A stretch of DNA of 64,000 nucleotides from an uncultured bacterium (GTDB lineage: Bacteria; Acidobacteriota; Thermoanaerobaculia; Multivoradales; JAHZIX01): NCBI GenBank assembly GCA_965368975.1, contig CBDUPA010000001.1, positions 704,001-768,000 of the forward strand, given 5' to 3'. Shown here in pieces: positions 1-10,107 of this stretch (its first letter is position 1; the number at the start of each line of letters is the position of its first letter). The notes below the pieces were generated by a model. That model was not told where the DNA came from. It saw only the letters and a list, made by a program, of their open reading frames with translations, and searched no databases. The position numbers were made by a program, and so were the translations under genes.

Positions 1-326
1 TGGCCACCGTACACCGGCACGACGTGGAAGCCCTTGAGGTGGCGGGCGTAGGTCTGCATTGCCTCGGCCACCTGGATCGCCAGCTCGCGCGTCGGGGCCA
101 GCACGAGCACCTGCGGCTTGCGCAGCTCGAGGTCGAGGCGGCTGAGCAGCGGCAGGGCGAAGGCGGCGGTCTTGCCGGTGCCCGTCTGCGCCTGACCGAG
201 AAGGTCGCGGCCGGCGAGCAGGGGCGGGATCGCCTCGGCCTGGATCGAGGAGGGGGCTTCATAGCCGACTTCGTCGATGGCTTGGAGGACTGCAGGCGCG
301 AGGCCGAGTTCAGAGAATTCCGTCAT
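1..326 (-). CDS. deaD: DEAD-box RNA helicase (DeaD/CsdA-like), N-terminal part, runs off the window edge
   Basis: Not in the ORF track. Manual translation from ATG 326 gives [34 protein letters not shown] (Q motif), AQTGTGKT (motif I), [10 protein letters not shown] (Ia) and VPVYGG. Confidence 0.85.
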   Translation of the reverse strand, partial: MTEFSELGLAPAVLQAIDEVGYEAPSSIQAEAIPPLLAGRDLLGQAQTGTGKTAAFALPLLSRLDLELRKPQVLVLAPTRELAIQVAEAMQTYARHLKGFHVVPVYGG

Positions 327-592
327 GTTCAGGAGGGCTCCATGTCTTGAGAGCTCTGTGCGGGGGAGGTCCGATCGATGGGCTCGATATCGCTCAGAGT
401 GAGGTGGGTTGGTCCAGTTAAGACACGGCAGCCGATCCCGTGGCGACAGGGCAGGACGTCTCAGGTTCGAATGCGTGCTGCTGTGGGTGACGGGTGCTGT
501 TGGGTGGCCGACTGGCGGGAACGCTGTTCACACAGCGCCCGGAGATCTTAGCATGGAGCCATGGCAAGATACTTCTCGTGAGGAGACTCTGG

Positions 593-2374
593 ATGCAACT
601 ACGACGTGCGGCACTCGCCCTGATCGCTCTGCTGCTACCCGGCTGCAGCCGGGAACCGACGCTCGAACAGCTTCTCGACGACGACGCTGACCCGTCCGCG
701 GCACGGGTCGCCGCCGCCGAGCGCGACGCCCTGCGCGGCCTTTACGCTGGCGTTGCGCCGTCTGAGGTCAAGCTGGTGCTGGGAGACGAGTGGTTGACGG
801 CGCAGGGGGTGCGCGTCCAGGACGGCCACGTGGTGGCGCTGGCGCTCGTGGGGGCGTTCCCCAGGGAGCACCTGGCCGCTCTACCGCACCTGCAGTCGCT
901 GCACGTCGCACGCGCCGAGCTGGACGACTTCCGGCAGCTGGGACCGTTACCCGAACTGGCAACCCTGGCGGTCGACTTCTCGCGCCTGTCCAGTCTGGAC
1001 GGCCTCGCCGAGTGTTGCCCACGCTTGCGTGAACTCGACATCTCGCAGGGCACGGTGCGCGATCTGGCTCCGCTCGCCGGGCTCGACAGCTTGGAGCACC
1101 TGCGCCTGGCCTACCTCGACCTGCCCGACTTGACGAGTGCACCGCCATTGCCGTCGCTGCACCGGCTGGTGATTACTGGCGGGCCACTGGCGTCGCTCGA
1201 AGGTCTCGACGCTTTCGATGCCCTGCACGAGTTGCTGCTCTTCGGCTGTCAGCAGCTGACCCGCCTGGACTCGCTGCCGCCGCTGTCCGAGTTGCGCCAG
1301 CTCGAATTGCAGCAGACGAAGGTGGCCTACCTCGGTGCCCTGCCCGAGCTGCCTGCCCTCGAACGCATCGAGACGTCGGACAACGCGCTGCTGCGCCTCC
1401 AGCTGCCAGGCGCACCGGGTGCCTTGCCGGCGCTGCGTGAGCTGGAGTTGCACGAGGCAGAGTTGGTGTCTGTCGAGCTGGGGCCGCTACCCAGCCTCGA
1501 GAGTGTTGACCTGCGCGGCGAAGGCTCGCTGTTTGACAGCGGTCGTCTGCGGCGCCTGGTGATCGCCACGCAGCCGCGCCTGACGAGCCTCGATGCGCGT
1601 CGCAACCACCTCCAGGACCTTGCCGGACTGGCGCCGCAGCCAGTGCTGGCTCACGTGCGCCTCGACCACAACCCGCTCGCCGTGCTGGAAGTCTTCGAGG
1701 ACGGGTTCCCAGCCTTGCGTCATGTATCGGTGCGCCGCACGCGCGTTGCTGAGCTACCGGGGGCTCTCCAAGCCGCGGGCGTCGTGATGTCGCACGATGA
1801 AGCCGAGGTCGAGGCCAACGCCTGGGAGGCGGTGCTGCGCCAGGCGTTCGAGGCGCGGAAGGGTTCTTTCGTCGAGAGCCTGCCGGTTACCGCTGGATCC
1901 GCGCAGCGCCTCCAGGCCCGCTGCACCTACGCCGCCAGCACTTTCTCGACGCCGCGCCTCAATTGCAGCGGCAGCATCGAACAGCTCTCCGGCCTGGTCT
2001 ACCTAGAGCTGGTCAGCGTCGATCCGCTGAGCCCGGCCGCCGGCGGCCCCAACACCTGGCCCGTGCGCGCCAGCGTCCGCACCCGCAAGGGGCGGGTGCG
2101 CCTGTACGTCAAGTACGAAGCGGATTTCCGCGGCCGGGCCGAAGCATTGGCGGGCTACCGCGACCCTGAGCAGCCGTGGTTCCAACTCGGCGAGGCTGGC
2201 AATGCGGCAGAGGAGCCGGGTTCCGTCTCCGGCTATGCCTTTGCCGAGGCGACTCCCGGCCAGCCCGGCTCGACTTCCGGCGAGGCGCACCTGCTGGTCG
2301 ATCGGCTGGTGGTCTGGATCGAAGGCGAAGACGCAGAGGGTGTCGAGTACGTGCTGGAGTCACCAAACCCATAG
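593..2374 (+). CDS. Leucine-rich-repeat lipoprotein
   Basis: AGGAG then ATG at 593; signal peptide with lipobox LLPG-C; many LxxLxxLxL repeats; non-LRR C-terminal domain. Confidence 0.8.
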   Translation: MQLRRAALALIALLLPGCSREPTLEQLLDDDADPSAARVAAAERDALRGLYAGVAPSEVKLVLGDEWLTAQGVRVQDGHVVALALVGAFPREHLAALPHLQSLHVARAELDDFRQLGPLPELATLAVDFSRLSSLDGLAECCPRLRELDISQGTVRDLAPLAGLDSLEHLRLAYLDLPDLTSAPPLPSLHRLVITGGPLASLEGLDAFDALHELLLFGCQQLTRLDSLPPLSELRQLELQQTKVAYLGALPELPALERIETSDNALLRLQLPGAPGALPALRELELHEAELVSVELGPLPSLESVDLRGEGSLFDSGRLRRLVIATQPRLTSLDARRNHLQDLAGLAPQPVLAHVRLDHNPLAVLEVFEDGFPALRHVSVRRTRVAELPGALQAAGVVMSHDEAEVEANAWEAVLRQAFEARKGSFVESLPVTAGSAQRLQARCTYAASTFSTPRLNCSGSIEQLSGLVYLELVSVDPLSPAAGGPNTWPVRASVRTRKGRVRLYVKYEADFRGRAEALAGYRDPEQPWFQLGEAGNAAEEPGSVSGYAFAEATPGQPGSTSGEAHLLVDRLVVWIEGEDAEGVEYVLESPNP

Positions 2375-2412
2375 GCTCACGCCCCGTGGGCACGGCCGGC
2401 TGGTACACCCTT

Positions 2413-2466
2413 CCCTTTGACAATCTACAAGAGCAGCGCTAGGCTCTCTTGTAGAACGTCAAGGGG
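2413..2466 (+). promoter_or_regulatory. Sigma70-like promoter of padR inside a long inverted repeat (probable PadR operator pair)
   Basis: TTGACA (2417-2422), 17 nt spacer, TAGGCT (2440-2445). Arms CCTTTGACAATCTACAAGAG and CTCTTGTAGAACGTCAAGGG are near-perfect reverse complements. Confidence 0.7.
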
Positions 2467-2501
2467 ACGTACTGACGACTGAAGAAAAGCCGGAGACTCC
2501 G

Positions 2502-2834
2502 ATGCCACAAGACCGATCCGACCTGCTCCAAGGCACCCTCGATCTGCTCATTCTGCGCACCCTCCTGCCCGGTGCTCTGCACGGCTGGGCGATTTCGCAG
2601 CGCATTCAGCAGGTTTCGGACGAAGTGCTGCAGGTGCAGCAGGGGTCACTGTACCCATCGTTGCACCGCCTGGAGCGCAAGGGTTGGATCCAGTCCGAGT
2701 GGGGGGCGTCGGAGAACAACCGTCGCGCCAAGTTCTACAGTCTCACCGAGGAAGGCCGTGCCCGGCTGGAGGATGAGACGGAGAATTGGATGCGTTTGTC
2801 GGCGGCGGTGAGCCGGGTCTTGGAGTTGGCATGA
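2502..2834 (+). CDS. PadR family transcriptional regulator (acidobacterial type)
   Basis: [11 protein letters not shown]...HGWAI...[14 protein letters not shown]...[10 protein letters not shown] motifs; ATGA-coupled to the following permease. Confidence 0.92.
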   Translation: MPQDRSDLLQGTLDLLILRTLLPGALHGWAISQRIQQVSDEVLQVQQGSLYPSLHRLERKGWIQSEWGASENNRRAKFYSLTEEGRARLEDETENWMRLSAAVSRVLELA

Positions 2835-5467
2835 GCTGGTGGAACGACCTCGCGTACCGTTGGCGCTCGCTGACCGAGCGTCGACAGCAGGACACTGAAC
2901 TGGACGAAGAGCTACGCTTTCACCTCGAGATGGAGGTGGAGCGGCGGGTGGCGGCCGGAGCGACAGAGGCACAAGCTCGGCGCGCGGCGCGGCTAGCCTT
3001 CGGTGCACCGGAGAGCGTCAAGGAGGCGTGCCGCGACGCCTGGGGGACGCGCTTGCTCGACAACCTCGGGCGTGACCTGCGGGTGGCGGCGCGGCAGCTG
3101 CACAAGGGGTGGCGCTTCAGCACGGTGGCGGTGGCCAGCTTGGCGATTGGCATTGGTGCGGCGGCGGTGATGTTCAGTGTCGTCGATGCGGTGCTGCTGC
3201 AGCCCTTGCCCTTCGGTGAGCCCGAGCGGGTGGTGTCGTTCTGGGAGCTGACGCCGGGCGGCGAGCGCTTCTCGTCGTCGGACGCCAACGTGCTCGATTT
3301 CGGCCAGCGTGCGACGACGCTGAGCGGCCTGGCCGGGATCCGTTTCCCGGCGATCCGGCCGTCTCTGCGCCACGGCAGTGACCGTGTGCCGCTCGACGCC
3401 TTCGCGGTGACTCCGTCGTTCTTCGACGTGCTCGGCGTGCCGGCCCGCCTCGGACGCACCTTTGGTGCCGAGGAAGCGGTGGTGCAAGACCGACCGCGCA
3501 CCGTCGTGGTGTCGGAGGCTGCCTGGCGCCGTCACTTCGCGGCGGACACGGACGTCATCGGCCGTGAGATCGATCTCGACGGCGAGCTGTGGACGGTGAT
3601 CGGCGTGCTTCCTCGCGGCTTCCGCTTCGGTGTCGCGACGCCCGACCTCTACCTGCCGTCGCCCGCGGATGCGTCCTTCGACCGGGGAGATCATCGGCTG
3701 AGTACGGTGGCGCGGCTGGCGCCGGGCGTGAGCCTGGCCCAGGCCAACGCCGAGGTGGCGACGATCGCGGCACAGCTCGCTCGCGAGTATCCGGACAGCA
3801 ACGATGGCTGGAGCGCCGAAGTCGAGCCGGTGAGCGAGACCTTCCTCGGCCCCACGACACGGCGCGCCAATGTCGTTCTCCTGGGCGCCGTGGGTCTGCT
3901 GCTGCTCCTGGCCTGCGCCAACGTCTCGAACCTGCTGCTCGCTCGCGGCGCCGACCGCGCCGACGAGATCCGTCTACGCCTGGCGCTGGGTGCCAGCCGC
4001 TGGCGCGTCGCGGCGCAGTTGTTCACGGAGTCCGTGCTGCTGGCCCTGCTCGGTGCCTTCGGTGGTGGTCTGCTGGCGCTCGGGGCCGTACCACTGGTAC
4101 GCCGTCTCGACGTGCCGTTACCGCGCCTGGACGAGATGTCCGTCGACCTGCGGCTGCTCGCCTTCGTCGCGCTGCTGGCGCTGCTGTCGGTCCTGCTCTT
4201 CGGCTTGCTGCCGTCCCTGCGGCTGACGTCCAAGTCGGCGCGGCTCGGAGTTCGCACGGCCCGCCACGGCTCGAGTCGCCGCGACAGCCGTCTGCGCTCC
4301 GGGCTGGTAGCTGTGGAAGTCGCTCTCGCGGTCGTGCTCGCCGTCGGCTCCGGCCTCTTGGTGCACAGCTTCGAGCAGCTGCGCAGTGTCGATGTCGGCT
4401 TCGAGGCGGCCGGTCCGGGCGACGGTGGCGTCTTGCTCGCCCAGTTCGACTTGCCACCCGAGCGCTATCCCGAGAGCGGCGAGGCGACGCGTCGCTTCTA
4501 CGATAACCTGCTGCCGCAGCTGCAGGCGCTGCCCGCTGTGACGGCGGTCGGGGGCTCGATCGTCAGCCCATTTCGCGGCCCAACGCCTTCGAACGTGGTC
4601 AGCAGCGAGGCTGAGGTCGACGTTGATGCGTTTACGCGCGTCCAGTGGCGCAGCGTCACGCCGGACTACTTCCGTGCTCTGGGCATCGCGCTGCTGCGAG
4701 GCAGCAGTTTCTCAGCGACCGGTGATCCCCAGATGCACGCCGTCGTCAGCTCGCGCCTGGCCTCGCGCCTGTGGCCAGGGGAAGACCCGATCGGCCAGCG
4801 TGTGCGCTGGATCTCCCCCGAAGGACCGCTGTTCGAAGTGATTGGTGTCGCCAGCGAGGTGCAGGATCTCTTTCTGGGTCAGGACCCACCGGCCATGATC
4901 TACCTGCCGCAGCGCCTGATCGGCTGGCCGAATCTGACGGTGGCTCTGCGCACGCAGCAGGAACCGTCGTCCCTGGCTCCGGCGGTGCGGTCCGTCGTGC
5001 GCGAGATCGATCCTCTACTCGCGCCGCCTCCGTTCTCGACCCTGGACGAACATCGCCGCGAGGCCTTGGCCGAGCCGCTGCTGAGCCTGCAGCTGATGTC
5101 TGTCTTCGCCGCCATCGCCTTGATCCTGGCCGCGGTCGGTGTCTACGGCGTCGTTGCCTACGCGGTTAGCCGCCGCCGCCGTGAGCTCGGCGTGCGGGTC
5201 GCCCTGGGTGCGCAGCCGCGCCAACTGGTGAACCTGGTCCTGCGCGACGGCGCTCGCATGGTCGGGCTCGGCTTGGTCGGTGGTCTGCTGGCGTCGCTGG
5301 CGCTGGTCGGCACCCTACGAGCTTTGCTTTACCAGACATCGCCGTTCAATCCAACGGTGTTGCTGGGCGTCGTGGTGCTGCTCTTCCTGGTCGGCCTGAC
5401 AGCAACTTGGCTGCCGGCCCGCAGGGGTGCACGACAGGATCCCCTGCGGGCGCTTCGAGAGGAGTGA
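2831..5467 (+). CDS. ABC permease, MacB/FtsX duplicated orphan (ADOP) type with permease prefix domain
   Basis: [10 protein letters not shown] prefix, [57 protein letters not shown]; ATG at 2831 overlaps the padR stop. Confidence 0.92.
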   Translation: MSWWNDLAYRWRSLTERRQQDTELDEELRFHLEMEVERRVAAGATEAQARRAARLAFGAPESVKEACRDAWGTRLLDNLGRDLRVAARQLHKGWRFSTVAVASLAIGIGAAAVMFSVVDAVLLQPLPFGEPERVVSFWELTPGGERFSSSDANVLDFGQRATTLSGLAGIRFPAIRPSLRHGSDRVPLDAFAVTPSFFDVLGVPARLGRTFGAEEAVVQDRPRTVVVSEAAWRRHFAADTDVIGREIDLDGELWTVIGVLPRGFRFGVATPDLYLPSPADASFDRGDHRLSTVARLAPGVSLAQANAEVATIAAQLAREYPDSNDGWSAEVEPVSETFLGPTTRRANVVLLGAVGLLLLLACANVSNLLLARGADRADEIRLRLALGASRWRVAAQLFTESVLLALLGAFGGGLLALGAVPLVRRLDVPLPRLDEMSVDLRLLAFVALLALLSVLLFGLLPSLRLTSKSARLGVRTARHGSSRRDSRLRSGLVAVEVALAVVLAVGSGLLVHSFEQLRSVDVGFEAAGPGDGGVLLAQFDLPPERYPESGEATRRFYDNLLPQLQALPAVTAVGGSIVSPFRGPTPSNVVSSEAEVDVDAFTRVQWRSVTPDYFRALGIALLRGSSFSATGDPQMHAVVSSRLASRLWPGEDPIGQRVRWISPEGPLFEVIGVASEVQDLFLGQDPPAMIYLPQRLIGWPNLTVALRTQQEPSSLAPAVRSVVREIDPLLAPPPFSTLDEHRREALAEPLLSLQLMSVFAAIALILAAVGVYGVVAYAVSRRRRELGVRVALGAQPRQLVNLVLRDGARMVGLGLVGGLLASLALVGTLRALLYQTSPFNPTVLLGVVVLLFLVGLTATWLPARRGARQDPLRALREE

Positions 5468-5622
5468 GGTGGTCGGGACGCAGTTTGATCGAACTGACCA
5501 GAATGCGACCCGAGGCAACCCTCCCCGTCGGCTGCCGTATCATCGGGTACAGGTTCCCATCTCCGTGGAGAGCAGCCTGTGGAGCTGCGCTTGCCGTTCA
5601 AACTCACACGAAGGAGCTCCCT

Positions 5623-7071
5623 ATGGAACGCATTCTCGGCTGTCTCAGTTTGGCCTTCTTTCTGCTCTTCCTCTCCGTGCCCCACGCAGCGCGGGCACAG
5701 CCGCTCGCTCCAGCATCCACCGACGCACCTGCTGCCTTACCCAGTGACGATCAGATCGCGAGGATCCTGCAGCAGCGTGTCGAGCGCGACCAGCGCGGAG
5801 TCGGCATTGTGGTCGGTGTACTCGATGCCAAGGGCCCACGCTTTGTGGCTCATGGCGAAATGCGCCGCGGCGGCGGGGAAGTGCCGGACAGCAAGACGCT
5901 GTTCGAGATCGGCTCGATCTCCAAAGCCTTCACCGGTACGTTGCTGGCTAGCCTGGTCGCTACGGGTGAGGTGCGCTTCGCCGAGCCGGTCGCGGCGCTG
6001 CTGCCGGAGTCCGTGCAGGTGCCGGAGCATGGCGGCACGATCACGCTGGAAGCCCTGGCGACGCACGCTTCGGGTCTACCCCGCCTGCCCGACAACATGA
6101 CTCCCGCCAATGTCCTGAATCCCTATGCCGACTACAGCGTCGAGCAGCTGTATGCCTTCCTGAGTGGTCATCAACTGCGCCGCGACGTCGGCGTCGAAGT
6201 CGAATACTCGAATCTGGGCTTCGGTCTGCTTGGACATGCGCTGGCCCGGCGGGCGGGTGGCAGCTGGGAAGAGCTGGTGCGGGCGCGAATCACAGGTCCG
6301 CTGGGTATGACGGACACCATCATCACGCTAGCGCCGGCGCAGCGGCAGCGCTTTGCCACCCCGCACCGGGGAGACCTCGAACCCACTCCCGCCTGGGACA
6401 TCCCGACCCTCGCCGGAGCCGGTGCTCTGCGCTCTACGGCCGCGGACATGCTGCTCTTGGCGGCCGCGCATCTGGGGCTCGGAGAAGCAGGGGAAACACA
6501 GGAGGCGGTGCGGGCAGCGCTACAGGAAGCGCGCAGGCCGCGCCGGAGCATGGGGGTACCTGGGATGGAGATCGGTCTCGGCTGGGTCACGCGCACGGGC
6601 GGGAGCAGCACTATCGTGTGGCACAACGGCGGTACCGGCGGTTCGCGCTCGTTCTTCGGCGTCGATGTCGAGGCGGGACGCGCGGTCGTGGTGCTGACCA
6701 ACAGCGAGCACAGTGCCGACGACATCGGCTTCCATCTGCTCGATCCAAGCTACGAGCTAGCGACCTTCGGGCCACCGCCGAAGGAGATCGACGTGGCAGT
6801 GCAGGACTTGGAGCGCTACGTCGGTCGCTACCAGCTGGCGCCGGGTTTCTTCGTCGAGATCACGCGCGAAGGCGCACAGCTGTTCGCCCAGGCGACCGGG
6901 CAGCCGCGGTTCCCGGTCTTCGCTTCGGCGCCGAAGGAGTTCTTCTTCAAGGTAGTCGAAGCGCGCCTCGTCTTCGAGGTCGAGGGCGGCGACTCGGCCA
7001 GCAACTTGACCCTCTACCAGGGCGGGCAGGTGATCCCGGGACCGCGAGTGACCGACAGCTCGATGCCCTGA
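5623..7071 (+). CDS. Secreted serine hydrolase (beta-lactamase class C-like) with C-terminal DUF3471-like domain
   Basis: AAGGAG then ATG at 5623; signal peptide; FEIGSISK (SxxK), YSN, WHNGGTGG; C-terminal LERYVGRYQL...AQATGQP domain. Confidence 0.88.
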   Translation: MERILGCLSLAFFLLFLSVPHAARAQPLAPASTDAPAALPSDDQIARILQQRVERDQRGVGIVVGVLDAKGPRFVAHGEMRRGGGEVPDSKTLFEIGSISKAFTGTLLASLVATGEVRFAEPVAALLPESVQVPEHGGTITLEALATHASGLPRLPDNMTPANVLNPYADYSVEQLYAFLSGHQLRRDVGVEVEYSNLGFGLLGHALARRAGGSWEELVRARITGPLGMTDTIITLAPAQRQRFATPHRGDLEPTPAWDIPTLAGAGALRSTAADMLLLAAAHLGLGEAGETQEAVRAALQEARRPRRSMGVPGMEIGLGWVTRTGGSSTIVWHNGGTGGSRSFFGVDVEAGRAVVVLTNSEHSADDIGFHLLDPSYELATFGPPPKEIDVAVQDLERYVGRYQLAPGFFVEITREGAQLFAQATGQPRFPVFASAPKEFFFKVVEARLVFEVEGGDSASNLTLYQGGQVIPGPRVTDSSMP

Positions 7072-7078
7072 AGTGCAG

Positions 7079-8803
7079 CTACGTGACGGCGCGGCCGCCG
7101 GCCAGGCGCAGGTGTGGCCGCGCCGGTTCCGTGGCTCTTGGAGCCGGAGACTCGCGGTCCGGCTCTCCGCGCTTCGGATCAGCGGTGGCCGTCTCGGTGC
7201 GAGTTTCGAGCATTGCCGAGATGCGCTCGAAGGTGATACCCATGCGCTCGGCCAGCACCGTGGCCAGCGAGGTATCCGCGACACCGGGCACGAACTGGTA
7301 GGTGGAGCGCTGGTCGACGATTTCGACCTGCAGGAAGTGTAGGTTCCGGATCGGTGGTGCGGCTTGCAGCCCGCGGGCGTAGTCGAGGAAGTGTGTGGTG
7401 ATGAAGGTCACGGACCGGACTTTCTCGAGCAAGCGTAGGACGAGCGAGAAGACCTCGCTGCCTTCCGACGGGTTGGTGCCAGAGCACAGCTCGTCGAGCA
7501 GCACCATCGATGTCCCCTGCATGGTCTCGAAGAGTGTCCGAATGCGTTCGAGCTCGCGTCCCAGGCGGCCTTCGGAATGCTCGATCGCCTCGTGCTCGAT
7601 CAGCGACACGAAGAGATTGCGCACCGGCAGCAGACGGGCCTTCGACGCGGCGACGTAGAAGCCGTTCTGTCCGAACAGTTGTGCCAGGCCGAGTGCCTGG
7701 AGTAAGCGCGTCTTGCCACCGGAGTTGGGACCGGTGATCAGGGTTGCCGAGCGCGCCTTCTCGGAGTGAATCTGGCAGGGGACCGGCGGTGACGGGCCGC
7801 TGAGCAGCAAAGGATTGAACAGGTTCTCCAGTTCCAGGCTGTCTGCCGCGACTCCGGCTCCAACCAGTAGCTCCGGCAGGCACACGTCGAGCCCGGCGGC
7901 GACGGCACGCTCGGCGAATTGATGCTGCGTCAGGTAGACCTCGAGCTGTCCCATCAGCTGGGCCAGGCCCAGCAGGGCCGGGGCCACGGTATCGAACACC
8001 GACTGCAAGAGCCGGTTGCTCATCTCGCCACTGGTCAGTTCGAAGCCGTGTAGGAGCAGCGCGGAAAGGCGCTGCAGCAGGTGCTTCCAGGGCCCCAGGA
8101 AGAACCGATTACGACGGTTGTAATGGATCTCGCGCAGGTCGAGATGCTTGATGCGGCCGTCAGCTCCGACGCGCAACTCGACGCTCAAGGTTGCGCGGTG
8201 CTGGTGGTAATCGAGCAGGCTGGCCAGGGTCTGGTAGGGCTCGGAGGCCTGGATCTCCTGGCCTACCGAGTGCAGCCGCGCCAGGCCGCTGTGTGCGTTC
8301 TCGAAGTCGGTGACCATCGAGTCGATGCACTGCTTGGCCAGGTTCAGCAGGTCGATGCGGAAGGTATTGATGTCCAGGCGCGCCATCCGCCCCGGCATCT
8401 TGAACATGTGGATCAGCTGGTGCAAGCGCTTGTACAGCGCGGTGGTCTTGGTCAGCAGGTCCGGGGATGTCGCCAGCTCGCGCAGAATTCCCTGGCGCAG
8501 TTGCGTCGTCTCCAGATCCTGGACCAGGGTCGTGTGGATGCGGAAGAGAAAAGCGTGGTTGGTGCCATAGCGTTGGCCGTCGATCTCCAGTCCCAGGCCC
8601 TGGCGTACCCAAGGATCGAGGAAGAGGTCGGGAGCGAACTGCTCCGGTGGGCACGGCGGGACTTGGTTCGAACTGGCCAGGGCCTCGTCGATCATCGGGG
8701 CTTCGCCCTTGCCGGTGAAGGCCAGGCCGAGCACCTCCTCGAGCTGCCGGTCGTCGACGTCGAGGCGGGCCTGGGCATGCAGCAGGTCCGGGACCGGAAT
8801 CAT
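7079..8803 (-). CDS. MutS-related ATPase (MutS domain V only)
   Basis: ITGPNSGGKT Walker A, LLDELCSGTNP.EG and FITTHF; AGGAGG before ATG 8803; no mismatch-binding domain recognised. Confidence 0.82.
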   Translation of the reverse strand: MIPVPDLLHAQARLDVDDRQLEEVLGLAFTGKGEAPMIDEALASSNQVPPCPPEQFAPDLFLDPWVRQGLGLEIDGQRYGTNHAFLFRIHTTLVQDLETTQLRQGILRELATSPDLLTKTTALYKRLHQLIHMFKMPGRMARLDINTFRIDLLNLAKQCIDSMVTDFENAHSGLARLHSVGQEIQASEPYQTLASLLDYHQHRATLSVELRVGADGRIKHLDLREIHYNRRNRFFLGPWKHLLQRLSALLLHGFELTSGEMSNRLLQSVFDTVAPALLGLAQLMGQLEVYLTQHQFAERAVAAGLDVCLPELLVGAGVAADSLELENLFNPLLLSGPSPPVPCQIHSEKARSATLITGPNSGGKTRLLQALGLAQLFGQNGFYVAASKARLLPVRNLFVSLIEHEAIEHSEGRLGRELERIRTLFETMQGTSMVLLDELCSGTNPSEGSEVFSLVLRLLEKVRSVTFITTHFLDYARGLQAAPPIRNLHFLQVEIVDQRSTYQFVPGVADTSLATVLAERMGITFERISAMLETRTETATADPKRGEPDRESPAPRATEPARPHLRLAGGRAVT

Positions 8804-8956
8804 CTTGCCTCCTCTCGCTGGGGTTGGAGCTCGTGTAGCGATCCGTTGCGGATCTGGGGGGGTAGAGCTGAAGCCCACAACGCCCCCAGGCTTTCGGGTA
8901 TTCCGCTCTACGCTGAAGTCTTCGACCAGCGGAGGAAGGCGGCGAACCCGGAGTCG

Positions 8957-9409
8957 TCAGGCGAGAGCCTTGCGCAGTGCCAGGATGTAGCCCAGGTGGA
9001 GGCCTTCGTGGAAGTTGTTGAAACTGATCGCCTCTTCCACTGTGCTCAGCTTGAAGCCCTGCGAAGTTTCGTACAGTGAGTAGCCGCTGAACTTGCCCGC
9101 GGCGAGATCCTCGGCAGTCCGCTTGGGAGCTTCGAGGCTGTACTCCATGATTGCCCGGAACGACTCCGCGTCCCCGTCGCTCGGCAGTGTGCCCTTGCGG
9201 TAGCGATCGATTAGTTCCTGGGGCACGAACGGTTCGACGCCGCTGAGGCCGTACGTCAACACTTGCTGCGTTGCCACCAGGTGCGCTCCGTTCCAGGCCA
9301 CGTGGTTGACGAAGCCGTCCGGGATGCGGAACAGGTCGTCCTCGGGGATCGAGTCGAGCAACTGGCCGAGAACCTGGCGAATGAACGAGAGCTGGTCGAT
9401 GGCGAGCAT
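8957..9409 (-). CDS. DinB family protein
   Basis: IPDGFVNHVAWN.AH...FNNFHEGLHLGYI pattern. Confidence 0.85.
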   Translation of the reverse strand: MLAIDQLSFIRQVLGQLLDSIPEDDLFRIPDGFVNHVAWNGAHLVATQQVLTYGLSGVEPFVPQELIDRYRKGTLPSDGDAESFRAIMEYSLEAPKRTAEDLAAGKFSGYSLYETSQGFKLSTVEEAISFNNFHEGLHLGYILALRKALA

Positions 9410-9497
9410 GTGAGATCTCCTGGGTCTTTGTGAACGGCTGTAGCTGCCGCGACCCTATACCGGTACAATGACTCCAACAAGTCAAAGGAGGTTCCAC

Positions 9498-9956
9498 ATG
9501 GGCAGAAGTATCGCTGGCGCTGTGGTCGGCTATATCGTCTTGGCGCTGATCATCATGGGGTGTTATACCGCCGCGTTCCTCGGCCTCGGCCCGAGTTTCG
9601 CCTTCCAGTCTGATGGCTCGACCAACGTGACGATGGGCTGGCTGATGCTCATGGTCGTCGTCAGCCTGCTTGCCGCAGTGGCTGGTGGCTATGTGGCGGC
9701 CATGGTTGGTGGCGGCAGCGGAGCGCGGGCGGTCCAATTCCTGCTCGTGCTGGTGCTGGTGCTCGGCGTGATTTCAGCCGTGGCGGAGATGGGCAAGGAA
9801 GTGCCGGCGGATCTCAACCCATCACAGTTGAGCAACATCGAGGCGGCCCAGTACGCCGTCCAGCCGACCTGGTTCGCCTTCACTGTGCCGGTGTTGGGCA
9901 TGGTCGGCGTCTGGTTCGGTGGGCTGCTGTACCGGCGCAGGTTGGGGCCGGCGTGA
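9498..9956 (+). CDS. Four-TM membrane protein of unknown function
   Basis: AGGAGG then ATG at 9498; four hydrophobic segments. Confidence 0.7.
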   Translation: MGRSIAGAVVGYIVLALIIMGCYTAAFLGLGPSFAFQSDGSTNVTMGWLMLMVVVSLLAAVAGGYVAAMVGGGSGARAVQFLLVLVLVLGVISAVAEMGKEVPADLNPSQLSNIEAAQYAVQPTWFAFTVPVLGMVGVWFGGLLYRRRLGPA

Positions 9957-10107
9957 CTGAGACCGCCCATGACCGAGACCCCAGGGAGTGACGCCCGGCG
10001 AGCACTCAGGCGGTATTTCTCGTTCTGCGGTGTCCCCCGTCTTCGAGATCTTGCGTGGACTCCACTAGAGAGGCGCAATTCGGCGCTCGATCTAGCCAGG
10101 AGGCTGC

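Noticed and set aside
5407-5622. Extended N-termini in the ORF track (also 494, 2786, 29484, 46873, 57767)
   Set aside because: Downstream SD-ATG/GTG starts give proper signal peptides or family N-termini.
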